A stretch of 62,917 nt of DNA, the filler included, from Candidatus Woesearchaeota archaeon (GTDB lineage: Archaea; Nanobdellota; Nanobdellia; Pacearchaeales; UBA284): assembly GCA_964354405.1 (NCBI GenBank). It is 6 parts of 6 records of this genome, joined end to end, with 100 filler letters (N's around TTAATTAATTAA, not from the genome) between each part and the next. Parts side by side here need not be neighbours in the genome. Positions count along the whole stretch, not along the records: positions 44,858 to 52,883 come from CAYGZP010000009.1; positions 52,984 to 60,451 come from CAYGZP010000010.1; 4 more parts are not named here. One strand, written 5' to 3'. The notes beneath the pieces were generated by a model. The model had not been told where the DNA came from, did not search any database, and saw only the letters and a list, made by a program, of their open reading frames with translations. The translations under genes and the position numbers were made by a program. Below are positions 49,079 to 58,154 of this stretch, piece by piece; the first letter of the stretch is position 1; each line of letters begins with the position of its first letter.

Positions 49079-49840
49079 ATGGAAATAAAAATAAATAAAA
49101 ATATTTTGAATAGCTACTTGAAGCCGCTGTTGAAATATCGCGCTTGCATCGAAGCGATTTATGTTTATGGAAGCGCAGTAACAAGGAAAAGTGCGAATGA
49201 TATTGACACACTAATTATTTTAAGTGATTCTGGAATTGCCCCGAGCCAAATTATTATTGACTTGATTGAAAAAACTTGCGGCTCAATTGAGGAAAAAGCC
49301 AAGGAAAAGGGATTGAGATTTCATTTTCAGCCCTTGAAGATGTTAAGCAAGTGGTGGCATCTTTTGTTAGATGGCGAGCCATGGATAGTTAGCTCGTTAA
49401 AACAACCATTAGTTGTGTATGACAGGAAAGGATTGATTACTGAAGTCTCGAGATTAGTTAATGGAGAAGCACTTTACAAAAAAGAAGAGAGGGCAGAGAA
49501 ACTCATTGAAAGGAGCGACAGTTATTCTTTGAAGAACAGGCAGTTGCTTTTGGGGAGCCTGACAACCTTGGCTGATGCTGCAACAGAAGCTGCGCAAATT
49601 CTTTTACTTTTTGACAACAAGCTAATCTTGAACAAGAAAAGAATAGCAGAAGAGCTTGAGAGGGAGTATGTAAAAACTATAGGTGATGAAATTGTTGGCA
49701 ATTATAAGGAAATTATAGACTTGGAGGAAAAAATGGAGAAGGGCGCGCTTTCAGAGTTCACTGCGGAAAATCTTGATTATTATCTCGACAAGATGAAGAA
49801 GTTCATCTCGAAAGTCGAGGAAATGCTGAGCAAGAAGTGA
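49079..49840 (+). CDS. Nucleotidyltransferase domain plus helical (HEPN-like) domain
   Basis: YVYGS.......NDID.LII. Confidence 0.65.
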   Translation: MEIKINKNILNSYLKPLLKYRACIEAIYVYGSAVTRKSANDIDTLIILSDSGIAPSQIIIDLIEKTCGSIEEKAKEKGLRFHFQPLKMLSKWWHLLLDGEPWIVSSLKQPLVVYDRKGLITEVSRLVNGEALYKKEERAEKLIERSDSYSLKNRQLLLGSLTTLADAATEAAQILLLFDNKLILNKKRIAEELEREYVKTIGDEIVGNYKEIIDLEEKMEKGALSEFTAENLDYYLDKMKKFISKVEEMLSKK

Positions 49841-49893
49841 GTGAGAAAAAGTAAAGAGATTAAATTTATAAGTCTGGGTTCTTAATTTAATAC

Positions 49894-51192
49894 ATGGCGG
49901 ACATTGAAAAAGAGAAGAGCATCTATATTAATGAAATAAAGAAGGGCTCGGTTGTCTTAGAAGGATGGGTTCATGAGCTGCGAGACTTGGCAAACATCAA
50001 ATTCTTGTTGTTGAGAGACATGAGCGGGATTATACAGTGTGTTATCAAAGATGAAAAACTTTTTGAAGAGTTCAAGGAGCTGAGCATTGAAAGTGTTATT
50101 GCTATTGAAGGCGAAGCCCGCGAGGCGCAGGTCAAAAGCCCTGAAGTCACGAACAAAAACATTGAGATTAATATTAAAGACATAGAAATCATCAATAAAG
50201 CTGAACAATTGCCTATACAAGTTCTGGAAAAAGGGATAACTACTGATATATCTAAAAGATTGGATTACAGAAGCATTGATTTGAGAAAGAAAAGGACTCG
50301 GGCGATATTCAAAATCCAGAGCGAGATTACCTCAGCATTCAGACAGTTTTTCAGACAAGAGGGTTTCTTAGAGATACAGACTCCTTGTATCATCTCGAGT
50401 GCAAGCGAGGGCGGCACTGAACTTTTCCCAGTGCAATATTTTGAGAAGAAAGCGTTCTTGGCACAATCACCGCAACTTTACAAACAGCTTGCTGCAATCT
50501 CCCTAGAAAAAGTCACTTGCATTGTTCCTGTATGGAGAGCTGAGAAACACAACACTATAAGACACTTGAATGAAGCAAGACAGATGGACATTGAAGTTGC
50601 ATTCGTAGATGATATGGAAGTTATGGAACATCTCGAGAAATGTGTTCAGTTTATTGTTGAACAAGTTATAAACAATTGTGAGGAAGAGCTTGAGATATTG
50701 AATTTGAAATTGAAAATTCCTAAAGCAAAGTATTTGAGTTATGATGAAACTGTGACTTTACTACAGAAAAAGAAAATTAATATCAAGCACGGAGATGATT
50801 TGAGCCCAGAGGCTGAGAAGAAACTCGAAGAGATTTATCCTAACACAATTGTTTTTGTGCATTCTTGGCCTATGAGACTAAAACCATTTTACATATGGCC
50901 GAAAGACGAGAAAAAAGGAATCAGCGCTGGCTTTGATGCATTGTTCGGCGGCATTGAAATCTCAAGTGGGGGGCAGCGAGTGCATAAAGCTGATATTTTG
51001 ATCCAGCAGTTGAAAGCCAAGGGTTTGAAACCAGAAAATTTCAAAGCTTATGTTGACTCGTTTAGATATGGTGCGCCATATCACTCGGGATGGAGCATCG
51101 GCTTGGAGAGATTTACAATGGCTTTGCTGCAATTGGATAATATCCGCGAGGCTTGTATATGGCCGCGAGACAGAGACAGATTAACCCCATAA
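49894..51192 (+). CDS. aspS: Aspartate--tRNA(Asp/Asn) ligase, archaeal type
   Basis: GWVH..R, SEGG.ELF, LAQSPQLYKQ, G.EISSGGQR, PRD..RL.P. Confidence 0.93.
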   Translation: MADIEKEKSIYINEIKKGSVVLEGWVHELRDLANIKFLLLRDMSGIIQCVIKDEKLFEEFKELSIESVIAIEGEAREAQVKSPEVTNKNIEINIKDIEIINKAEQLPIQVLEKGITTDISKRLDYRSIDLRKKRTRAIFKIQSEITSAFRQFFRQEGFLEIQTPCIISSASEGGTELFPVQYFEKKAFLAQSPQLYKQLAAISLEKVTCIVPVWRAEKHNTIRHLNEARQMDIEVAFVDDMEVMEHLEKCVQFIVEQVINNCEEELEILNLKLKIPKAKYLSYDETVTLLQKKKINIKHGDDLSPEAEKKLEEIYPNTIVFVHSWPMRLKPFYIWPKDEKKGISAGFDALFGGIEISSGGQRVHKADILIQQLKAKGLKPENFKAYVDSFRYGAPYHSGWSIGLERFTMALLQLDNIREACIWPRDRDRLTP

Positions 51193-51247
51193 ACCTTATT
51201 CGAGCTTTAAGCAAACTTTTTAAAATCATTCTTCTTTAGATTTTTAT

Positions 51248-51370
51248 CCCCATGTAGCTCAATGGCAGAGCGCTCGGCTGTAGTCTTATGCTTTCCAAAA
51301 GAACGCATGAGGCACTCGCAAGTGCTCTTCAGAACCCGAGATGTTGGCAGTTCGAATCTGCCCATGGGGA
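51248..51370 (+). tRNA. tRNA-Tyr(GTA) with a 51-nt intron at 37/38 (51284-51334)
   Basis: C1-G72 CCCCATG/CATGGGG, CTCGG-CTGTAG|intron|C-CCGAG, GTTCGAATC. Confidence 0.88.
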
Positions 51371-51409
51371 TTCATTTTTATTTTGAGGTGAAGGAAAGGC
51401 TAAGGAAAA

Positions 51410-52273
51410 ATGTTAGTTGAATCATTATTACTTTCGTATTTTCTTACTTCACAGAGTGCTCAGGTCCCTTATTGGCCCCACAATCAAAAACCAAAATTAC
51501 AATTACAGCAGATATTGACTTCCCAACAGGAAGATTCTATACTCGTTAAGGAAGCAAAAAAATTCGATAGGCCAAATGTTCCTATCTTGATGTATCACTG
51601 GATTGTGCCTGAATCCCACAAAATGGCGTTCAACAGATATTTCCAGACAAAAGAACAATTCAGAAGCACAATCAAGAACATGAAGAATAAGGGATATAAT
51701 TTTGTTACAGTCAGCGATTTTGGAAAGATTATTTCCAATTATGATTCAACTAAAGCAGACACCACAAAATATGCTTTAATTACTTTCGATGATGGTCTCA
51801 AGTGCATTTATAATAATGCTTACCTGATTCTTCTAGAAGAAAACGTTAAAGCCCCCCTTTTTGTCTCCACAATTGGGATTAGGGATAGTACAGATGGGCC
51901 TTATCTATCATGGAAAAAGATTAATGAAATGTATCAATCGGGATTGATTGATATCCAGAGCCACACTCATAATAGTCATGTTGCCATCGGCAATAACAAA
52001 TCTGTAATAACTGTAAAGAGAGCTGACGAGGATAGCACAGAATACATGATAAGGATTTTTGCTGATTTTATCAAGGCAAAATGGGAGATTGAAGAGCATG
52101 TTGGAAATAAAGTCATAGCAATTGCCTGGCCATTCGGCATGAGCAATGATGTCGCAAGAAGAATGGCATCGCTAGCAGGCTACAAACTTTACTTTACAGT
52201 CAACGGGGAGAAATTCAAATTCGATAAAAAGTATAAGGATTTGCCTCGAATAGAAGTGGGCGAAATGCAATGA
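51410..52273 (+). CDS. Polysaccharide deacetylase (CE4; PgaB/IcaB-like)
   Basis: PILMYH, ITFDDG, QSHTH, AWPFG. Confidence 0.9.
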   Translation: MLVESLLLSYFLTSQSAQVPYWPHNQKPKLQLQQILTSQQEDSILVKEAKKFDRPNVPILMYHWIVPESHKMAFNRYFQTKEQFRSTIKNMKNKGYNFVTVSDFGKIISNYDSTKADTTKYALITFDDGLKCIYNNAYLILLEENVKAPLFVSTIGIRDSTDGPYLSWKKINEMYQSGLIDIQSHTHNSHVAIGNNKSVITVKRADEDSTEYMIRIFADFIKAKWEIEEHVGNKVIAIAWPFGMSNDVARRMASLAGYKLYFTVNGEKFKFDKKYKDLPRIEVGEMQ

Positions 52274-52402
52274 TTAAGTTATAGAAAGGTTTATAAAATA
52301 AAATCATGTGGGTTTAATAGAAGAAAGGTTCTAAATTATCTGATTATTATTTAGCGCTTCAACAAACAAAAAAGGAAAGGGATTAAAGGAAAGGAATGAA
52401 AA

Positions 52403-52883
52403 ATGGATGAAGAAATCAAGAATAAAATTGCGAGAACTGGCACAACTACAGTTGGGATTGTATGCAAAGACGGAGTTGTCTTGGCAGCTGACAAGCGAGT
52501 TACAATGGGCGGAGATGCTCCCTTCATAGGGCACAAAAAATTCGATAAGATTCTTTTCATCACTGATAATATTGCTGCGACTACAGCAGGAAATGTTTCT
52601 GATGTCCAGCTTATAGTCAAACTCACTAAGGCAGAATTAAGGATAAAACAATTGCGAACAAAGATTGAGCCTGGTGTCAAGGAAACTTCGAACTTGTTTG
52701 GGATGTTAACTTACGAGAATATCAGGAAGTTCAGCCCCATTATTGGCATATCTGCATTTCTCGTTGGCGGCGTTGATGAGAAAGGCTACTGGCTTTTTGA
52801 GGTTGTTCCTGATGGCTCTGTAGTTGAGCACAAAGATTATGTTTCAGATGGCTCAGGAAGTGTCGTTGCTTATGGTGTCTTGG
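52403..52883 (+). CDS. psmB: Proteasome beta subunit (3' truncated)
   Basis: Propeptide then G|TTTVG, AADKR.T, GSGS..AYGVL. Confidence 0.95.
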
Positions 52884-53169
52884 NNNNNNNNNNNNNNNNN
52901 NNNNNNNNNNNNNNNNNNNNNNNNNNNTTAATTAATTAANNNNNNNNNNNNNNNNNNNNNNNNNNNNNNNNNNNNNNNNNNNNTGGTGCTGCATTTCCAT
53001 TTCCATATTAAATTAACAAAACCTCAATTTTAACAAAATTTATTTAATTTAAATTCACGTTTCTTTTCCACGCTCAATAGCAAGAAACTCAAGATATTTA
53101 TAAAGCTTTCTAAAAATCCGACAAGCCAAGCAAGAAAAACTTTATAAGATAAAATTCATTGTAGAATTC

Positions 53170-53715
53170 ATGAAAAGAGGAAAAAAAGCCCAGATAATGG
53201 GCATGCCATTCCAGTTCATCTTTGCGATAATACTCGTAGCAATTGCAGTGTTCGTGGGTTTCTTTGTAATAAAGATGTTTCTCGAGAGAGCTGAACAAGC
53301 AAACATAAATGACTTTGTCAAGAACCAGTTGACTTACGAGATTCAATCAATATGGAGCGGCCCAGAAGAAGCCTCTGTCACCAAGTCTCTCATCTTAAGC
53401 AAAAACTTCGATTATGTTTGCTTCTTGAATCAGTATAAAGCTTGTAGCTCAAATATAGAAGGTTTTTGCAATGATTATGAAATATGGAAAACACGGACAG
53501 ACAAAAAAGAAAATCTGTTTCTAGTGCCATTTGGCAACGCAGAAAAATACGATGCATTCACAGCATGGTACATCAAATGCGGCTCAAAAGACTGCATTCA
53601 ACTTGCTCCTACATCTTCAAATCCATTATGCATTCCAGTAGTCAATGGAAAAGTTTCAGTAAAGCTCGAGAAATCAAGCGGCTCGCCTAATGTAACAATT
53701 TCTAATGGCGCATAA
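53170..53715 (+). CDS. Class III signal-peptide (pilin-like) protein
   Basis: KKA|Q followed by hydrophobic helix. Confidence 0.7.
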   Translation: MKRGKKAQIMGMPFQFIFAIILVAIAVFVGFFVIKMFLERAEQANINDFVKNQLTYEIQSIWSGPEEASVTKSLILSKNFDYVCFLNQYKACSSNIEGFCNDYEIWKTRTDKKENLFLVPFGNAEKYDAFTAWYIKCGSKDCIQLAPTSSNPLCIPVVNGKVSVKLEKSSGSPNVTISNGA

Positions 53716-53724
53716 AATTAAAAA

Positions 53725-54702
53725 ATGTATAAAAAAAGGGAAAGCATTGGAAACCGTAGGTTTCTGATAAATAAGAAAGCAGTTATAGAATTTGGATGGC
53801 TTTTTGCAGTCATAGTGGGCGCAATGATTCTTTTCCTCGCTTTTTATTTTGTTGGAACAAAACTATTGAGCCAAAAATATGAGCAAAGTACTATTCAAGC
53901 CCACTCTCTTGAGATTCTTTTGAACCCATTCTCGCAGTTCGGCGAGATAAAACTCATAAGCCAAGACACAATTTCTCTGGATCAGTTATCAACAGTCAAT
54001 ATAAGTTGCGATATCAGCTCAAGCCCGGGAGATCTGGGCTACAATGAAATTACCATCACAACAAAGGGCCAAAGCGGAATTCCAAAAACAGTCTATGACA
54101 AATATATTTTTGCCGAGAACGATTTAACAACAAAAAAATTCCAGGCTCTCTCAGTGCCTCTTGAGATGCCATGGCGCGCAGCAGATGTAATAATCCTATG
54201 GCCTTATGACAAGAAATATTGTTTTGTTGGCATGCCCAATATTAAAGAAACTTTAGGGGACACAGAAACTGGCCTGAACATCTCAAGTTTATCTTTCACA
54301 ACAAGCAAAAGCAGCTGTCCTTCTGAAAGTATTACTGTCTGTAACAGCGGTTGTGATATAACAATTAATCCAGCTACAAACAAAGTCACGAAGCAAGGTC
54401 AAACATTTTACTTTGCCTCAGACGCTCTGATGTACGCTTCAATATTCTCATCCAAAGGATTATATGATTGCAACTTTAAGAGAATTGCCTCACGAGTTAA
54501 CTTGCAGGCAACAATTTACGAAAAGAAAGCCCTGGCGCTTTCAGGCAAAGGTTGCACAACTCTTCCGCCAAATCTCGGAGCATTAAAAAATGCAGCTAAT
54601 GAACTTGCAAAACAAGTGAATTCAGATAATGTAAATACATTATGGCAGGCTGCGAACAACATCGACCAAGCCAACAACATCGCAGACTGCAGCTTATATT
54701 AA
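53725..54702 (+). CDS. Class III signal-peptide (pilin-like) protein
   Basis: KKA|VIEFGWLFAVIVGA.IL; paired Cys. Confidence 0.7.
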   Translation: MYKKRESIGNRRFLINKKAVIEFGWLFAVIVGAMILFLAFYFVGTKLLSQKYEQSTIQAHSLEILLNPFSQFGEIKLISQDTISLDQLSTVNISCDISSSPGDLGYNEITITTKGQSGIPKTVYDKYIFAENDLTTKKFQALSVPLEMPWRAADVIILWPYDKKYCFVGMPNIKETLGDTETGLNISSLSFTTSKSSCPSESITVCNSGCDITINPATNKVTKQGQTFYFASDALMYASIFSSKGLYDCNFKRIASRVNLQATIYEKKALALSGKGCTTLPPNLGALKNAANELAKQVNSDNVNTLWQAANNIDQANNIADCSLY

Positions 54703-54798
54703 AATGATTAAAAGAACAAAAGTAAAAATAACCGAAATGGTTTTGAGAACTCCAGAATGGCTCCGAGTCCATTTAATAAGATTATCGAGGTTTTTCAA

Positions 54799-55278
54799 AT
54801 GTTGAAAGAAAAGAAAGCGCAGATGAAAATCCAGGAGATGGCTTTTGTTTTAGTAGCCGTTATCTTCTTAGGAGGAATCTTGCTCTTGTTCTTTGCAAGA
54901 TTCCAGATGGGTGCGATGCAGCAGTCTTCTGAAGAGTTAAGAGAAATGCGAACAGTCACCTTATTGAGAGTTGTCGCGAGCATTCCCGAGCTTTCATGCG
55001 CAGGCGAGTCAGTTTGCATAGATGAAGACAAGCTAAGGGCATTTGACTCTACCCCCACTATCCAAAGCAGTTACTCGAGATTATGGAGCTCTTCCAACAT
55101 CGCCAAGATAATTGTAGAGGAAGTCTACCCCAAGACAAACATCAAATACAAAGTCTATGAAAAAGCAACTTCAGAGAACACTGTAACCTATTCAACTTAT
55201 GTGCCCTTATGCTCAGAAGCCCAACAAGAAAGCATATGTAAAATCGCCAAGATAAAAATCACAACAATTACTGAATAA
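54799..55278 (+). CDS. Class III signal-peptide (pilin-like) protein
   Basis: KKA|QMKIQEMAFVL; PELSC...CID.DKL. Confidence 0.7.
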   Translation: MLKEKKAQMKIQEMAFVLVAVIFLGGILLLFFARFQMGAMQQSSEELREMRTVTLLRVVASIPELSCAGESVCIDEDKLRAFDSTPTIQSSYSRLWSSSNIAKIIVEEVYPKTNIKYKVYEKATSENTVTYSTYVPLCSEAQQESICKIAKIKITTITE

Positions 55279-55279
55279 A

Positions 55280-55732
55280 ATGAGAATAAGAAGAATAAAA
55301 AAACGAGATTTCAACTCTGCTTTTAAATTATTTTTTAGAGTTTGGCCTACTAAAAACGCATCAGAAATTGAACGCGTTAAAAAATTTTTAATTAAAGCCA
55401 TAAAAAATAAGGAGGGATTTGTCGCAGAAGAAAAAGGGAAGATAGTGGGAATTATAGAGTTTAGTAAAGGCTATTTTAAAGATTCAGACTACCTTGATTT
55501 CGTGATAATTGATAAGGAATATAGAAAAAAGGGCCTCGCCATTGATTTAATTAAGGCGTTTGAAAAAGATGCAAAGAATAGAAAAGTAAGAAGAATATTT
55601 AGCTGCACAATTCCCAAAAACATGGCAGCCTTAAAATTACATAAAAAATTAGGCTATCAATATGTTGGATATATTTATCATATCTGGAAAGAAGGAGATA
55701 AAGAGATTTTTTTCTCCAAAAAGATAAAATGA
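55280..55732 (+). CDS. GNAT acetyltransferase
   Basis: EYRKKGLA acetyl-CoA motif, N.AALKLHKKLGY. Confidence 0.88.
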   Translation: MRIRRIKKRDFNSAFKLFFRVWPTKNASEIERVKKFLIKAIKNKEGFVAEEKGKIVGIIEFSKGYFKDSDYLDFVIIDKEYRKKGLAIDLIKAFEKDAKNRKVRRIFSCTIPKNMAALKLHKKLGYQYVGYIYHIWKEGDKEIFFSKKIK

Positions 55733-56244
55733 ATAATAAAACAAAGCAGAACAAGAAAGCGCAAGAAGAAGTAATGGGTTTTGTTATTATTGTTATGATA
55801 GTCATGATAATCGGCTTGGTTTTCTTCGCGTTCTCATTGAGAAAAAGCTCGCAGACAAGTGCAGAGCCAAAGCAAGCTGAGCTCGATGACTTTTTGAACA
55901 CAGTTTTAAGCTACACAACTGATTGTGAGATCAGCGCGAATAATCAAAGCATCCGCGAGCTAGCGCGGCAATGTAGCAAAGAGAAAAGATGCCAGAACGG
56001 AATTGAAGCTTGTGACTCGCTCAATGAAACTCTCAGCACAATTCTTCCCGAGCTCCTTGGTGAAAATGCTCAGATAGCCAATGCCTATGTCCATGGCTAT
56101 AGCTTTAACATAAGCAACTCAGAACAGCTCATAAACATAACCCAGGGCAACTTAACAGGAGACTGCTTCGCCTCAAGTGTTCCGATTCCTACTGGAACAG
56201 AAGAAGACATATGGGTTAGGCTAAGATACTATTATAGTAAATAA
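55729..56244 (+). CDS. Class III signal-peptide (pilin-like) protein
   Basis: KKA|QEEVMGFVIIV; L.YTTDC. Confidence 0.7.
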   Translation: MNNKTKQNKKAQEEVMGFVIIVMIVMIIGLVFFAFSLRKSSQTSAEPKQAELDDFLNTVLSYTTDCEISANNQSIRELARQCSKEKRCQNGIEACDSLNETLSTILPELLGENAQIANAYVHGYSFNISNSEQLINITQGNLTGDCFASSVPIPTGTEEDIWVRLRYYYSK

Positions 56245-56248
56245 TAAT

Positions 56249-56650
56249 TTAAAATTTGCCATCAATTAATCTCTTTAACTTAGAGATTATTAATAATAAT
56301 TTCTCTTTTCTGTTGGGCAAGTAACTTGCATCTATTCTTTTTCCTTCATAACAGCTTTTATTCCTTTTTATTCTTAGATCATTTGCTAAAATTATTTCTT
56401 CTTCTGAAAATTCTTTATAATTAGACCTATATCCAATTAATTCTTTGTGCGCATTTTCACCTGTTGCTTTGAATCCATCCAAAAGGGCGATTATTGATAC
56501 TAATTCCTTGATTATTTCATAATAATTCTCTGCAATAATTGTTGAAGAGATTTCACTAGTACTTGAAGAAAGGACAAATTTTTCTCTGTCTTTGATTAAT
56601 TCAAGCATAGATTTTGCTTTCTCTTTGTCGGGGGCTACTTTTATTATCAT
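56249..56650 (-). CDS. HEPN-domain protein (toxin of an MNT-HEPN pair)
   Basis: YYE.I, AH..LI, LR.KRN...YEG; overlaps MNT gene. Confidence 0.75.
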   Translation of the reverse strand: MIIKVAPDKEKAKSMLELIKDREKFVLSSSTSEISSTIIAENYYEIIKELVSIIALLDGFKATGENAHKELIGYRSNYKEFSEEEIILANDLRIKRNKSCYEGKRIDASYLPNRKEKLLLIISKLKRLIDGKF

Positions 56651-57171
56651 TCTACTTTGAAATATCCTTTGAGTATGATTCCATTTATTAAATTATTTTT
56701 CAATTCTTTTGGTATTTTTTTCACATCAACTTCAAACATCAAATGAATTTTTTTGTTTAATTTTTTTTCAAATTCCTCAATGTCCAGTTTTTTTTCCTTG
56801 CCAATTATAAAAATATCTATGTCAGATTCTTCTACAGATTCTCCTTTAGCATAACTTCCATAGAGGATTATTGCATCTGGAGAAAGTTTTTCCCATAAAA
56901 AATCAACCATCCCAGATTCATTCAACTCATAAATCATGCTTATTTTTTTGTATAAAATAAATCTCTCATTATCTCTAACAGCGGTATAAAAAGGAATGTC
57001 TCTTTTTTGATATCTTTTGATTAAATCTTCTTTTTCAAACTCTTTCAAATAGTTCATCACAGAAAGAGGAGATATTTGACTAAGCCTACTTAATTCTCTA
57101 AGTCTAAAACTTTCAGTAGGATTATCAAGAAAGATTTTAAGTAAGATGTATTTGTTATATTTTTTTAACAT
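56647..57171 (-). CDS. wHTH plus minimal nucleotidyltransferase (MNT antitoxin)
   Basis: LRELSRL HTH; LYGSYAKGE...ESDIDIF. Confidence 0.85.
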   Translation of the reverse strand: MLKKYNKYILLKIFLDNPTESFRLRELSRLSQISPLSVMNYLKEFEKEDLIKRYQKRDIPFYTAVRDNERFILYKKISMIYELNESGMVDFLWEKLSPDAIILYGSYAKGESVEESDIDIFIIGKEKKLDIEEFEKKLNKKIHLMFEVDVKKIPKELKNNLINGIILKGYFKVE

Positions 57172-57217
57172 ATGTTATAATTATATAACACTTGTTTATA
57201 AATGTTTCTATCAAAAA

Positions 57218-57676
57218 CTATATCTCTACTGTAACCTGTAACTTATCAAGCGCGAGCACAGGCTTAAGCCTTTTTTTCTTGGTTTTTTTGTCTTTGTCAT
57301 GAACTAACTTGATAAAACCGTAGTTTTCAAGCAGTTTTACATCGCTTCTTACAGCCTTAAAATCCCGCCCAAGCAACTTAGCTAACTTGTATAAAGACTC
57401 TGGCTTCCTTGTCTTGATTGTAGCCAGAATTCTCGCTTTTTCATCACTCAAAAGCTGCCTTAATTCCTTAATTCCATGCCCAAATGGCTTCGGAAGCTTA
57501 GGCAGTTTAGTTTCAATAGGCAGTGGCTGCAGCTGAAAAGGCTTTAACATAGGCACAATAAACCTCTCAACTACTCTTCCTTCCTTGCCCCCTGCCCCAA
57601 GCTCTATCTCTTGTCCTTCCTGAGTATCATGAGACACTTTCACAATGATTTTCCTTATTTTTGACTTTTTTGCCAT
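57218..57676 (-). CDS. HTH transcriptional regulator (HVO_A0114-like)
   Basis: P.SLY.LAK.LGRDFKAV..D...L...G.I. Confidence 0.75.
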   Translation of the reverse strand: MAKKSKIRKIIVKVSHDTQEGQEIELGAGGKEGRVVERFIVPMLKPFQLQPLPIETKLPKLPKPFGHGIKELRQLLSDEKARILATIKTRKPESLYKLAKLLGRDFKAVRSDVKLLENYGFIKLVHDKDKKTKKKRLKPVLALDKLQVTVEI

Positions 57677-57934
57677 TTTCTAACGCCTCAGTAACAAAAT
57701 AACGACGAAAACGATACTTTATAAATAAGATAGGGGTTTTTTCTTAACATATATGTATAAATAACCCCCATATTTAAACTTTTCTATAATTCTAAGCAAC
57801 TTTAAATAAAACCGTGTAACTTAGGATTAACAGCTTAGTGACAACACAACCTTTTTAAATAAAACCTCAAAACCCAGGCTCTTTTGACTGGCTCAGAGAA
57901 AGCTTTAAAAAGCTGCCAAGGTATAACTTTTAAT

Positions 57935-58120
57935 GCGATTCAAGAGATTGAATTGCGAAACTGGCCAGTGATCGTTTCTGAATAACGACACACATAAATT
58001 ATGCATTGAACACTTTCAGTGCTATCTGATTTATGGCTACGGTCTAAACAACCCTAAGGGGTTGTGAGCAAAGCTGTTTCAAACTTTTCAAGGAAACGCG
58101 AAAAGCAAGAGACTGGCCAA
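57935..58120 (+). ncRNA. Candidate multi-stem structured 5' leader of the S-layer gene
   Basis: Closing stem TGGCCAGT/ACTGGCCA enclosing several hairpins. Confidence 0.45.
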
Positions 58121-58154
58121 TATTCAGAATAAAAAATTGAAAGGAGGTTAAAAA

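Noticed and set aside
52984..53038. Terminal inverted repeats of a mobile element spanning 52984-60606
   Set aside because: Both copies sit at contig ends and include the psmA start; best explained as assembly overlap
57935..58120. S-layer leader as RNase P RNA, SRP RNA or hammerhead ribozyme
   Set aside because: Lacks GAGGAAAGUCC, the SRP GGAA/AGCAG domain and CUGANGA cores
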